Assembly (NCBI GenBank): GCA_030605565.1
Contig: JAUWIB010000089.1
Location: 12,197-76,196, forward strand
Length of the DNA: 64,000 bases
Source of the DNA: a bacterium
GTDB taxonomy: Bacteria; Zixibacteria; MSB-5A5; GN15; FEB-12
Direction of reading: 5' to 3'
A program made the translations under genes and the position numbers. The notes beneath the pieces were generated by a model. That model searched no databases and was not told the DNA's origin. It worked only from the letters and a program-made list of their open reading frames with translations. Within the stretch, counting starts at the first letter, position 1. Each line of letters begins with the position of its first letter. Of this stretch, positions 9,300 through 18,157 are shown piece by piece.

Positions 9300-9395
9300 T
9301 CATCCTCCGGCTCCATATCGGGGCAGCACTACTTTCACCAGCAGCACGCCCAGGGCCAAAATCACAATCCAGGAAACCAACTCGTGCCAAACCAT
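9300..9395 (-). CDS. Candidate 31-aa single-TM micro-protein
   Basis: An internal ATG of ORF 9300..9485 has AGGAG 8 nt upstream (plus-strand ctcct at 9404-9408). The product is MVWHELVSWIVILALGVLLVKVVLPRYGAGG. It lies 108 nt upstream of the rhomboid gene on the same strand. There is no homology evidence. Confidence 0.25.
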   Translation of the reverse strand: MVWHELVSWIVILALGVLLVKVVLPRYGAGG

Positions 9396-9521
9396 TAACA
9401 CTTCTCCTGACCGGCATGTTACCGATCTATTATACGCAAAACCATCATAATCTAAAACGGATTTTTGGGCCAAAGGCTCCCGCACCTACCGAGATTCTGG
9501 CATAGTATGCCAGGAAATGAT

Positions 9522-9543
9522 CGGCAGATGTCCACATCTGCCG
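9522..9543. repeat. 22-bp perfect palindrome, family A (cggcagatgtSSacatctgccg)
   Basis: The sequence cggcagatgtccacatctgccg was read directly. It is intergenic. Confidence 0.9.
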
Positions 9544-9553
9544 GAGCCTGGGT

Positions 9554-9602
9554 CTTGTAGGTCAGCCCTCAGTCCTGCAGTTAGGTTCCTTGCGAACCTG
9601 AC
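9554..9602. repeat. Family B hairpin repeat (cttgtaggtcagg..ttcc-ttg-..aacctgac) with an 18-nt insertion
   Basis: cttgtaggtcag[ccctcagtcctgcagtta]ggttccttgcgaacctgacg. Compare 35694-35748. Confidence 0.75.
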
Positions 9603-9785
9603 GAATTCTTGCTCCAGGAAGCTTCCAAGAACTACCGGGTGGTGGTTATTCCTTTGCTGTGGGCGGCAGACGTCCTCGGCTGCCCCTTGATTACCTTGGA
9701 TACGTCCTTCAAACGGGCAGACCGGGAGGTCTGCCCGGGCCGCGCACGATATCATGGGTTTTTGGAAGGTCCCTCTACCACGGAT

Positions 9786-9850
9786 GTCGAAACCCGTCCT
9801 TCGACTACGCTCAGGACGACCCTTCGGGTCAGGGGTTTCGACCTACAAGA
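9786..9850. repeat. Family C long hairpin (gtcgaaaccc...cttcgactNcgctcagg...gggtttcgac, then ctacaag)
   Basis: gtcgaaacccgtccttcgactacgctcaggacgacccttcgggtcaggggtttcgacctacaag. It lies directly 3' of trxA. Confidence 0.8.
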
Positions 9851-10189
9851 TTAAGCCAACACCTTTTGCAAACGGTCGGTCAATTGCCCCTTGGGCACGG
9901 CGCCCACAATCTGGTCAACCACTTCGCCGTTTCGGAAAATTAACAGAGAGGGGATAGACATGATATTGTACTTGCCAGCCGTCTGGTTATTGGAATCAAC
10001 ATCTAACTTGGTGACTTTCAGTTTGTCGCCGTATTCGCTCGCAATTTCCTCAAGGACCGGCGCAATCATCTTGCACGGGCCGCACCAGGTAGCCCAGAAG
10101 TCGACGATAACGGGGATATCTGACTGAAGTACTTCGGCCTCAAAACTGTCGTCGGTAATCACAATGGGTTTGCTCATCGGTTCCTCCAA
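9851..10189 (-). CDS. trxA: Thioredoxin
   Basis: It has [10 protein letters not shown] and is 112 aa, with a typical TrxA layout ([13 protein letters not shown]...[12 protein letters not shown]). Confidence 0.95.
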   Translation of the reverse strand: MEEPMSKPIVITDDSFEAEVLQSDIPVIVDFWATWCGPCKMIAPVLEEIASEYGDKLKVTKLDVDSNNQTAGKYNIMSIPSLLIFRNGEVVDQIVGAVPKGQLTDRLQKVLA

Positions 10190-10274
10190 TATCGGTCAAA
10201 AACTCGTTTCTTCTTTTCCCTTCAACGTCGGTTGCCCGGCAAGGTTCCTGGTGGGTGGCGCCCTCAAACTACTC

Positions 10275-10382
10275 GTGCCCGCTGAGTCTTCAGACTCAGC
10301 GGATTCATGGCCGAGTCTGAAGACTCGGCCACCACAAGAAACCTGCCACCCGTTGCGGCAGATGTGGACATCTGCCGGGCAC
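10275..10382 (+). repeat. Composite hairpin repeat, copy 1 (three stacked palindromes)
   Basis: It consists of gtgcccGCTGAGTCTtcAGACTCAGCg, 7 nt, GGCCGAGTCTgaAGACTCGGCC, accacaagaaacctgccacccgttg, and the family A palindrome plus ggcac. Confidence 0.9.
10356..10377. repeat. 22-bp perfect palindrome, family A
   Basis: cggcagatgtggacatctgccg, followed by ggcac. It is part of composite repeat copy 1. Confidence 0.9.
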
Positions 10383-10813
10383 AGAGTAGCCGAGCTTACA
10401 TATTGGATTCCAATATACGCGCTAATGATTCAAGGGAAAGGACTTTATCTCTGCGTCCAGACCACGCCCAGTGCGGGGTGGAAGTGTGGCGTGCATAATT
10501 GTGGGGTCGGGCGGGGTCGCCCGACCCCTGTGATCGAACTGGGAGACTGTCAGGCGAGTTGCCTGACAGCACCTGAAAAAGTCGTTTGTGAAGGGTGCGG
10601 GCAAACCGGCTGAAAGTATAGTGAAAGACATTGGTACCCCACCTAAAGCGCAGCGACAGGTGGGATCCCCAAGCGCGATGCAAACAATCCCACCCGACGC
10701 TGACGCTCTGGGTGGGGTACCGAACCGGTCACAACGTGCAAGGGCGTCTAATTGTAGTCATTGCGAGGAGCGAAGACACTCGTGTCGTAGCGAACGCGGC
10801 AATCTCATCCTTT

Positions 10814-10941
10814 GTGCCCGCTGAGTCTTCAGACTCAGCGTGGCAGGCGTAGCCTGTCTTTCTTGTGGCCGAGTCTGAAGACTCGTCCACCACAAGAAGC
10901 CTGCCACCTGTTCGCGGCAGATGTGGACATCTGCCGGGCAC
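10814..10941 (+). repeat. Composite hairpin repeat, copy 2 (direct repeat of copy 1 with a 26-nt instead of 7-nt internal linker)
   Basis: It has the same three palindromes in the same order, with a few substitutions (actcgtcc, aagcctgccacctgttcg). Confidence 0.9.
10915..10936. repeat. 22-bp perfect palindrome, family A
   Basis: cggcagatgtggacatctgccg, followed by ggcac. It is part of composite repeat copy 2 and lies just 3' of satP. Confidence 0.9.
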
Positions 10942-10969
10942 AATGAACATCAGGTCTTCAAAAATCGTG

Positions 10970-11581
10970 CTATTTTTTCAAAATACCCAAAGGAAGTACT
11001 GTTTTTCCATAGACCTCATTAAGCACCTGCGCCGTGGCGGCATATATGGCTGAGCAGCCGCACAGGATTCCCTCATAACCAGCGATACGGGTTATGAAAA
11101 CATTGCCGGTTACGTGACCAAGAGATAGAAGCCAAAACAGGATTGTTAAAGAGGCGAACACAACCTGAGTAGCACGGTTAAGTTTCAAAGTCCCAATAAA
11201 CATGATAAAGGTAAACAAACCCCACAAGAACAGATAGGCAACCATAGCTCCATTTGACGGTTCGTCAGCCCACCCCATCCTGGGTAGAACTATGAGCGCA
11301 ACGAGGGTCAGCCAGAAGAACCCAAAAGATGTAAATGCGACCGTGCCGAAGGTATTGTTCTTCTTCCATTCCATCATACCAGCAATAATCTGTGCAATGC
11401 CCCCGTAAAATATCCCCATCCCGAGTATCATAGCATCAAGTCCGAATAAACCGGCATTGTGAAGATTCAGAAGCACAGTTGTTATTCCGAAGCCGAAAAG
11501 CCCCAGAGGTGCTGGATTCGCAGTGTTATCTTTGATACAAGTAACTGTTTCCATGGTCTGACCTGCTACCTTCTTTCGCAT
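10970..11581 (-). CDS. satP: GPR1/FUN34/YaaH-family acetate/succinate channel
   Basis: It has the [11 protein letters not shown] signature and six predicted TM segments. The true start may be the second Met (METVTC..., nt 11554). Confidence 0.85.
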   Translation of the reverse strand: MRKKVAGQTMETVTCIKDNTANPAPLGLFGFGITTVLLNLHNAGLFGLDAMILGMGIFYGGIAQIIAGMMEWKKNNTFGTVAFTSFGFFWLTLVALIVLPRMGWADEPSNGAMVAYLFLWGLFTFIMFIGTLKLNRATQVVFASLTILFWLLSLGHVTGNVFITRIAGYEGILCGCSAIYAATAQVLNEVYGKTVLPLGILKK

Positions 11582-11787
11582 TGTTATATTGGCCTACAAA
11601 ACAACGGCCAACATATTGATAAATTCGTTTTCTTTCCGGGAGAGAGTCCTCCTGAAAAGCTTTCACAGATGCGAATAAAACGGCTGTCTTATCACAGTCA
11701 AGGGATTTCGGACTTTCCCCAAAAAAGTTATGAGTTGAAGAGGGACACTTGGTATTTGTGGCCGGTGTACGTTTTCGTGCGGCGGCC

Positions 11788-14700
11788 TCACACCCGCTGC
11801 GTCGCCCGCTTGGCCAACCCCTGTGAGAAGGATTTGACCTGCTCGGCGAAGGCCTCAAGGCGCGTGTCCTCCCCTGAGTCGCGCAGACCCTCGTAGCTGA
11901 TGTTCAGCCAAGGAATAGAATCGTAGTCTTCGGAAATTTTCTTGGACAGCGAACTGACCACCGTGCCCGGCATACAGTTGAACGGCATCGCATTCACAAT
12001 CCCGCCCGCACCCTCAAGCGCCATCTCGATAGCTTTGCCGACCGACAGCAGCGCCTCGCCCTTGTAGTCACGCGGCAGATAGACCGAGGCCAGATCAAGC
12101 GTCTTGGTAGTAGTGTACTCGTGGCCGAGATCGAGCTTTTGGGAGGCGGCTTTGATCAGTTTGTGTTCCTGCCGCTGCTGCATGTATATTTGAAGGCTGC
12201 CTTTCAGCAGGCCCCTGTAGTCACGCTTCAGCCAGGCATCGCGGCGGAAATCGAGCGAGGTGTACATCGGCCACTCGCAGAATGAGGCCAGCCAAACCTC
12301 GAGCCCAAGTTTCTCAAGCTTCTCGATCAGGAAATTATTCGAGAATCGGTTGTTGCGAAGGTATATCTCTCCCACCACGCCGACTATCGGACGGTGTTCC
12401 TGCGAAGTCTTGATCCGGCTGAATTCGGTGGCCGCCTCCACCAGCACTTTATCGAGCGGCTCGTCATTGAGGATGGCCTGATCCATCCGGCCGATATAGT
12501 GGTAATACAGTTTCTCTGCTTTACCACGGGTCGATTCGTAAGGACGGGTCCGGTACAGCATTTTGGCCACGCAATCCACGAACACCGCGCCACTCCAGGC
12601 GAGTTTCCGAAACGGTGTGTTCTCCAGTCCAAACTGGCTGTACCCATCCCGCGAATTAGGGGAGAAGATCGGCACGTCTTTGTAACCCAGATCGTCCAGC
12701 ACGATTCGATGGTACTGGCTGTACAAACCGAAGCGACAGGGTCCGTCGGCGCCCGGCATGAAGAAAACCGCGCGCGACTGGTCGACCTCGCCGGATTTGA
12801 GTTTCTTGATCATGTCGCCGGTGGTGACCAGACAGGGGAAACACTCTTTGCCGGAGGTGAATTTTTTGCCGTACTCGACCGTCAAGTCATCCGGCTCGTC
12901 GAGCACCTCGGCCGTCAAACCACATCGTTCCATCGCCGACCGCACGGGATAGGCGTGGTCGCACATGTTGGGGATGTAGATCGTCTTCTCAAACGGACGG
13001 AACTCATCTTTGGCGATGTTGAACGTCGTCACCGGTGGGCTGAATTCGTAGAAGCGCAAGGAATCAATAAACGCCTCGCATCGTGTGATCATGCCGGCGT
13101 CGGCTGAATGTTCGTCCAGTTCCAGCAGCAAGTATGGTTTGCCGGACATCTGTTTGCGGAAGAAGTGCGTAATGAACGAATCCGGGCCGCAACCGAAAGA
13201 CGTGATGTAAATCGCGAACAGATTGGGATGTTTGCGAATCCGGTCAGCCGCCCCGAGGATGGTCCGACCGTAGCGCCAGTACATGTCCGGGATTTCCTCG
13301 TCGCCGTTCGCCGGCAGGAAATCAAGCGGCAGCGCCTTAAGGCCGAGGTTACGGACCTTGTCCGGTAACTCCAGTGACAGTCGGGGATCGTAACCGTTGT
13401 ACGGACGGCTGATAATCACCAGCACTTTCTCGTCCGGGGTAAGTTCCCTGAGGACTTTTTCACCCTCAGCATGAAGTTCCTGCTTGTACGCTTTGTAAGC
13501 CCGCCGGCCGCATTCCACAGCGCGGCTCAGTTGGCGATTGGACAGCTTGAATTCACTGGCCACCTGTTTGAGGCCATGCTTGAGGTTGGCCACATCCGGA
13601 CTCAGACGAATAGCCGGCGTGATCAGTTTTACTCCCTCAGCCTCAAAGTCAAAGGCCGGCCTGATTGATGAACCAATTGCCTGGACGTAGGGACAGATGT
13701 ACGCGCCGTCCTTGGATTCGTCGATTTCTTCGGCCACTTTTATCAGGGACGGCAGGAAGATGCAATCGACGTCCTTTTTCAGCAAATTGGCCACATGGCC
13801 AAAGACGATTTTAACGGGAAAGCAGGTCTCGGCGCTGAACAGTTCAAGAGCATCCTCGACGATAGCCTGATTGGAGACATCGGAGTTGACGACGCGATAG
13901 CCAAGCGACTCGAAGAAAGCCAGCCAGAACGGATAGTACTCCATGAAATGAAGCACCCTCGGTATGCCGATCCGCCCACGAGGCTTGGCCGGTTTCTTGA
14001 ACTTCAGATAGCGGCGGTACTGGAGCTTCTGACGGATTTTGACATAGTCCGGCGGCAGGTCCTCTTTGGATTTCTGGGTAACATCGTACTTTTCGCAGCG
14101 ACTACCGTAATACAACGGCTCCTCACCCTCCAACTCCACCTTATGGATCTCACATTGGTTGGAGCAGTCCTCACAGGTGAAACCGCTGACGGTGTACTTT
14201 CTCTTATGCAAATCGAAACCGCGAAAAGTAGTCTGGAAACCGGGCTGGTCAAGTTTTTCCATGGCCAGGATAGCTGCTCCGATGGCCCCGGTGACATCGT
14301 GGTGGGGAGGCACGGTGATAGTCTTGCCGATCAGTTTCTCAAAGGCTGCCACCACTGCTTTATTCCAGGCCACCCCCCCCTGGAAAAAGATGTTATCGCC
14401 GATGCGCCGGTCCCCCACCACTTTGGTGAGGTAGTTGCTCACGATTGAATACGCCAACCCTGCGATCAAATCGTCTTTGCAGGCGCCGGTGCGCTGATGC
14501 GCCACCAGATCGGATTCCATGAACACCGTGCAGCGTTCGCCGCAGCCGACCGGACACTGTGCCTTCAGAGCCCTCTCGCCGAATTCATGCTCGATCCTTA
14601 TGGCCAGTTTTTCCGCTTGTTCCTGCAGGAACGATCCGGTACCGGCGGCGCAGGCTTTGTTCATCTCGAAATCGATCACGGTCCGCTTGTTGATCGAAAT

Positions 14701-15987
14701 ATACTTGGAGTCCTGGCCACCGATTTCAAAGATAGTGTCGACGTCGGGATTGATGGCGACAGCCGCCGTGGCCTGAGCAGTGATTTCGTTGCGGACGACA
14801 TCACCGCCGACGAAATCGCTGGTCAGGTAACGCCCGGAACCGGTGGTCCCGACGGCCAGGATGTTAACACGATCGCCTACCTCTTCGCCGATTTCGGCCA
14901 GTCCGCGGCGGACCGCCTCAATCGGACGGCCCTCGGTCATAAGGTAGCGCCGGGCGATGACGCGCTGGTCTTTGTCGATCAGCACTAAGTTCGTTGAGAG
15001 TGAGCCGACATCGATGCCCAGGAAGACATCCAGGTTGTCAATATCCTGCGGTCTGGCCGCCAGTGTGATGTCGTAGTGTTTGGTGTCGGGGAAATTGAAC
15101 GAAAGCGCCTCACGCCCGGAGTCCGGCACCTGACGGTACTTAAGGTAGGCGTCGATCTTCGCCGGATCGAAATTCTCGACTATGGTTTTCTTTTGTTGGG
15201 CCAATAGTGCCGCCCCCAGAGCGCAGATCGTGTTGAAGTGTTCGGGGACGATCAGTTCGCCCGGCTCGAGTTCGAGAATCTCAGTGAAGGCACGCACCAT
15301 CCCAGGGTTGGCGGCCACGCCGCCTTCGAAGGCGATTGGCTTAATGAATTTCTTACCGCGAGCGATCGAACTCTTGAAATTCCGCGCGACGGCAAAACAG
15401 AGACCGGCCACGATGTCATAGTCGGGCGTGGCCACCTGCTGCAAGTGGATCATGTCGGTTTTGGCGAATACCGAACAGCGCCCGGCGATGCGCGGCGGAT
15501 TCTTCGATTTCAGCGCCAGTTGACCGAACTCTTCCTCAATGCTGATCTTCAGCCGCCCGGCCTGTTGATCCAAAAATGAGCCGGTCCCGGCGGCGCACTG
15601 TGCGTTCATGGCAAAATCGACAACCAAGTGTCGTTCGCTGTCGAGAAGCAGCAGCTTGGAATCCTCGCCGCCCATCTCGATAACGGTCTTTGCTTCGGGG
15701 ATGATCCGGTAGTTACCGGCAGCGAGGGCGCCGATCTCACCAAAGAAACGACCACCCAACACTTTCTGGGCGGTCTTGCCGCCGATCCCGCTGGCGCCCA
15801 GACAGAATGACTGTGCAGTGAGATGACCAAACTGCTCATCCAGCAGTTCTCTGAGCGTCTCGAATGGATTACCCTGAAAACGACGATAAGCCGAGGTTAC
15901 GATTTTGTCGTTCTCGACCAGAACCAACTTCACCGACACCGAACCGATGTCGATCCCTAAAGACCTGCTGCGTGCATCCATGCGCAC
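11788..15987 (-). CDS. Fused double BadF/BadG/BcrA/BcrD (HgdC-like) activase ATPase with dehydratase-component-like and DUF2229-like C-terminal domains
   Basis: There are two actin-fold ATPase units (LGIDIGSVSVKLV...GGEDSK and LGIDVGSLSTNLV...GGQDSK, each with AAGTGSFLDQQA/AAGTGSFLQEQA). About 750 aa follow that resemble 2-hydroxyacyl-CoA dehydratase-related domains. The ~1,400-aa size is typical of acyl-CoA dehydratase activase-related proteins. Confidence 0.8.
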   Translation of the reverse strand: MRMDARSRSLGIDIGSVSVKLVLVENDKIVTSAYRRFQGNPFETLRELLDEQFGHLTAQSFCLGASGIGGKTAQKVLGGRFFGEIGALAAGNYRIIPEAKTVIEMGGEDSKLLLLDSERHLVVDFAMNAQCAAGTGSFLDQQAGRLKISIEEEFGQLALKSKNPPRIAGRCSVFAKTDMIHLQQVATPDYDIVAGLCFAVARNFKSSIARGKKFIKPIAFEGGVAANPGMVRAFTEILELEPGELIVPEHFNTICALGAALLAQQKKTIVENFDPAKIDAYLKYRQVPDSGREALSFNFPDTKHYDITLAARPQDIDNLDVFLGIDVGSLSTNLVLIDKDQRVIARRYLMTEGRPIEAVRRGLAEIGEEVGDRVNILAVGTTGSGRYLTSDFVGGDVVRNEITAQATAAVAINPDVDTIFEIGGQDSKYISINKRTVIDFEMNKACAAGTGSFLQEQAEKLAIRIEHEFGERALKAQCPVGCGERCTVFMESDLVAHQRTGACKDDLIAGLAYSIVSNYLTKVVGDRRIGDNIFFQGGVAWNKAVVAAFEKLIGKTITVPPHHDVTGAIGAAILAMEKLDQPGFQTTFRGFDLHKRKYTVSGFTCEDCSNQCEIHKVELEGEEPLYYGSRCEKYDVTQKSKEDLPPDYVKIRQKLQYRRYLKFKKPAKPRGRIGIPRVLHFMEYYPFWLAFFESLGYRVVNSDVSNQAIVEDALELFSAETCFPVKIVFGHVANLLKKDVDCIFLPSLIKVAEEIDESKDGAYICPYVQAIGSSIRPAFDFEAEGVKLITPAIRLSPDVANLKHGLKQVASEFKLSNRQLSRAVECGRRAYKAYKQELHAEGEKVLRELTPDEKVLVIISRPYNGYDPRLSLELPDKVRNLGLKALPLDFLPANGDEEIPDMYWRYGRTILGAADRIRKHPNLFAIYITSFGCGPDSFITHFFRKQMSGKPYLLLELDEHSADAGMITRCEAFIDSLRFYEFSPPVTTFNIAKDEFRPFEKTIYIPNMCDHAYPVRSAMERCGLTAEVLDEPDDLTVEYGKKFTSGKECFPCLVTTGDMIKKLKSGEVDQSRAVFFMPGADGPCRFGLYSQYHRIVLDDLGYKDVPIFSPNSRDGYSQFGLENTPFRKLAWSGAVFVDCVAKMLYRTRPYESTRGKAEKLYYHYIGRMDQAILNDEPLDKVLVEAATEFSRIKTSQEHRPIVGVVGEIYLRNNRFSNNFLIEKLEKLGLEVWLASFCEWPMYTSLDFRRDAWLKRDYRGLLKGSLQIYMQQRQEHKLIKAASQKLDLGHEYTTTKTLDLASVYLPRDYKGEALLSVGKAIEMALEGAGGIVNAMPFNCMPGTVVSSLSKKISEDYDSIPWLNISYEGLRDSGEDTRLEAFAEQVKSFSQGLAKRATQRV

Positions 15988-16103
15988 AAATCAACACCTG
16001 TCCTATATGGAATGCAAGTGATTTATACTATTCTTACGCCAACTTTCTAAATCCGTTTGTCTTTGACCGGCAATGCCGTATATTCAGCGCTCAAAGGAGT
16101 GTA

Positions 16104-16547
16104 ATGCGGCTGGTAGTACAGAGAACAACAGGTGCCGAGGTTTTAATCGACGGCAAAACGCATAGCGCGACATCAAAAGGATTGCTGGTGCTGTTCGGGA
16201 CAAAACGTGGCGACCAGGAGGCATCGTGCTCTTGGCTGGCCGACAAGCTGGTCAATTTGCGCATCTTTGACGACGACGACGGCAAGATGAATCTCTCAGC
16301 GGTTGATGTCGGCGGTGAGATCATGATCGTCTCACAGTTCACCCTGTACGCCGATACGCGCAAAGGGAGACGGCCCTCCTACAACGATGCCCAGGAACCA
16401 AAAGAGGCCGAACGGCTGTACGAATGTTTCATCGAACAGGTAAGACGATCCGGGTTGAAGGTGCAAAGCGGCGTGTTTGGCGCTCGGATGGATGTTCGTT
16501 TCGTGAATCAGGGACCGGTCACGATCATCATTGACCATGATGTATAA
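16104..16547 (+). CDS. dtd: D-aminoacyl-tRNA deacylase
   Basis: MRLVVQRTTGAEV...SQFTLYADTRKGRRPSY is present. AAAGGAG lies upstream of the ATG at 16104. The track ORF starts further upstream at 15864, in frame. Confidence 0.9.
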   Translation: MRLVVQRTTGAEVLIDGKTHSATSKGLLVLFGTKRGDQEASCSWLADKLVNLRIFDDDDGKMNLSAVDVGGEIMIVSQFTLYADTRKGRRPSYNDAQEPKEAERLYECFIEQVRRSGLKVQSGVFGARMDVRFVNQGPVTIIIDHDV

Positions 16548-17139
16548 GCGCCTCCTGCTCCTGGCCGAGCGCTACCGGTTGGTGCTTGGCTCCCGCTCAC
16601 CACGGCGGGACAGGCTACTGTCTGAAACCGGTGTTTCCTTCGATCAGATCATACCCGGAATTGATGAACATTGTCGACCTGACGAGAAACCGTACGATTT
16701 CGCCGAGCGGATTGCAGGGGAGAAGGCAATCTGGGTGTCCCATCGTACCGATAAAGAACGCGTCGTCATCGGTTGTGACACTATTGTGGTGCTCGATAAT
16801 AAACTGCTGGGTAAACCTGTCGACGAGCCGGATGCTATGCGCATTCTGACGGCACTGTCGGGTCGGCAGCACACGGTCTGTACAGGGGTGGTGCTGGTTC
16901 GACGTGGAGAGGTAGTCGCCTCCGGCTACGAGTTGACCGATGTATTCTTTAATGACGTCGGCAGCGAGCAGATTCGAACGTATATCGACAGCGGCGAACC
17001 GATGGACAAGGCGGGAGCGTACGGTATTCAGGGGATGGGGGGCTTTTTAGTTGACAGAATCGAGGGTCGTCTGGATAATGTGATCGGTTTACCACGTCTT
17101 TTGCTGGATGAGCTGGCGGGACGAGTATTGAAGTTGTAA
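16531..17139 (+). CDS. maf: Maf-like nucleoside triphosphate pyrophosphatase
   Basis: LVLGSRSPRRDRLL, GCDTIVVLD, GKP and AGAYGIQG are present. The gene overlaps the dtd 3' end by 17 nt. Confidence 0.9.
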   Translation: MTMMYKRLLLLAERYRLVLGSRSPRRDRLLSETGVSFDQIIPGIDEHCRPDEKPYDFAERIAGEKAIWVSHRTDKERVVIGCDTIVVLDNKLLGKPVDEPDAMRILTALSGRQHTVCTGVVLVRRGEVVASGYELTDVFFNDVGSEQIRTYIDSGEPMDKAGAYGIQGMGGFLVDRIEGRLDNVIGLPRLLLDELAGRVLKL

Positions 17140-17161
17140 CGGCAGGAACGCGCGTACGACC

Positions 17162-18148
17162 ATGACGGAACTATACGTGAAGATTGGAAAGCTGCTCCAG
17201 ATGGAACGGACGCGGCAGGATGTAAAGCTGGACGATCTGGCTGCGGAGTTGAAAATCTCTCCGGCTCATCTTGAGGCGATCGAGAATGGTGACAGTACCA
17301 GCCTGCCGTCGGAGCTTTACTTCAAACTGTTTGCCAAGTCCTACGCCGAAGCGTTGGGGATCGACTACGAGGCCACCGTCGAGGCAATCGAACAGGATTT
17401 GACATCATCCGAGCAGCCTGCCGCCGCTACGGCGGACGATCCTGAGTCTGAATCCGTATCCGGCGAAGCTGCTGAGGAATGGGCCGAAAGTGCGACTACG
17501 AATGGCTCACGGCGGCAAGTCTCCCGATTGGTCTACCTGCTGGCTGCGGTGGTGGTCCTGTTTGTAATCGTAGTGGCCGTGAACGAACTGTTCCTCAAGG
17601 AATCTGAAACAGAGGCGGTAGTTGACTCCACCGAGGCGGCCGACGTGGAACCACTGACGATCACACCGTCCGTGAGCGATGAGTTGGCCGGTTACGACTG
17701 GAATGTCCCGGTCTACGCGGAGCCGGTTGCCCTGACGTTGGTCCTTGTCGCTCGGACGGAAAGCTGGGCCACGGTGCTCTCGGACGGTGATACCGCCGTT
17801 TACCGCACCCTGACGCCGGGTCGACGATACGAAGTGACGGCCAGGTACAGAATGAGAGTCTCGGTGGGGGTGCCTTCGTCCGTATCGATTGAACTCAACG
17901 GACAACCGGTCAATCTTCGCAACCCGGAATCAGGTCGCATCGCCGGCATCGAAATCGATCAGATCAACCTCGATCGATTTCTTGCCCGACCGTTAACGAC
18001 CTTCCGCAGCACGAGGCAGCCATCGGTAAGTGCAACACCACCGTCGCTGACTAACCAGCCGATGCCTGCAAGTGAAGACACCACCGATAGGACGATGGCC
18101 ACCGAGGAACCATCGTTGTCCGATGATGAACCGCAGGATAGTATTTGA
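17162..18148 (+). CDS. RodZ-like cytoskeleton protein (HTH, TM and DUF4115-like domains)
   Basis: The N-terminal XRE-type HTH (IGKLLQMERTRQDVKLDDLAAELKISPAHLEAIENG) is followed by an acidic linker and one TM segment (LVYLLAAVVVLFVIVVAV). The C-terminal beta domain reads ESWATVLSDGD...SVSIELNGQPV. Confidence 0.7.
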   Translation: MTELYVKIGKLLQMERTRQDVKLDDLAAELKISPAHLEAIENGDSTSLPSELYFKLFAKSYAEALGIDYEATVEAIEQDLTSSEQPAAATADDPESESVSGEAAEEWAESATTNGSRRQVSRLVYLLAAVVVLFVIVVAVNELFLKESETEAVVDSTEAADVEPLTITPSVSDELAGYDWNVPVYAEPVALTLVLVARTESWATVLSDGDTAVYRTLTPGRRYEVTARYRMRVSVGVPSSVSIELNGQPVNLRNPESGRIAGIEIDQINLDRFLARPLTTFRSTRQPSVSATPPSLTNQPMPASEDTTDRTMATEEPSLSDDEPQDSI

Positions 18149-18157
18149 GATAGGCGG

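Noticed and set aside
10275-10941. Possible CRISPR array
   Set aside because: There are only two copies of a >100-bp composite unit about 540 bp apart. The units are strongly palindromic, and no cas genes are present. It fits a REP/MITE-like repeat better.
10164-10950. Several 60-150-aa ORFs in the trxA-satP gap (10164..10613, 10396..10683, 10588..10824, 10729..10950)
   Set aside because: They run through palindromic repeats and contain the repeat-encoded strings (AESSDSA, RQMWTSAGH, RCPHLPR, VIARSEDT). The same strings appear in other intergenic junk ORFs (9486..9755, 35644..35892, 36744..37166, 40065..40268, 52660..52887).
15864-16103. N-terminal 80-aa extension of dtd (track ORF 15864..16547)
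   Set aside because: The extension overlaps the start of the divergent activase gene. Canonical Dtd begins MRLVVQR. A good RBS precedes the ATG at 16104.
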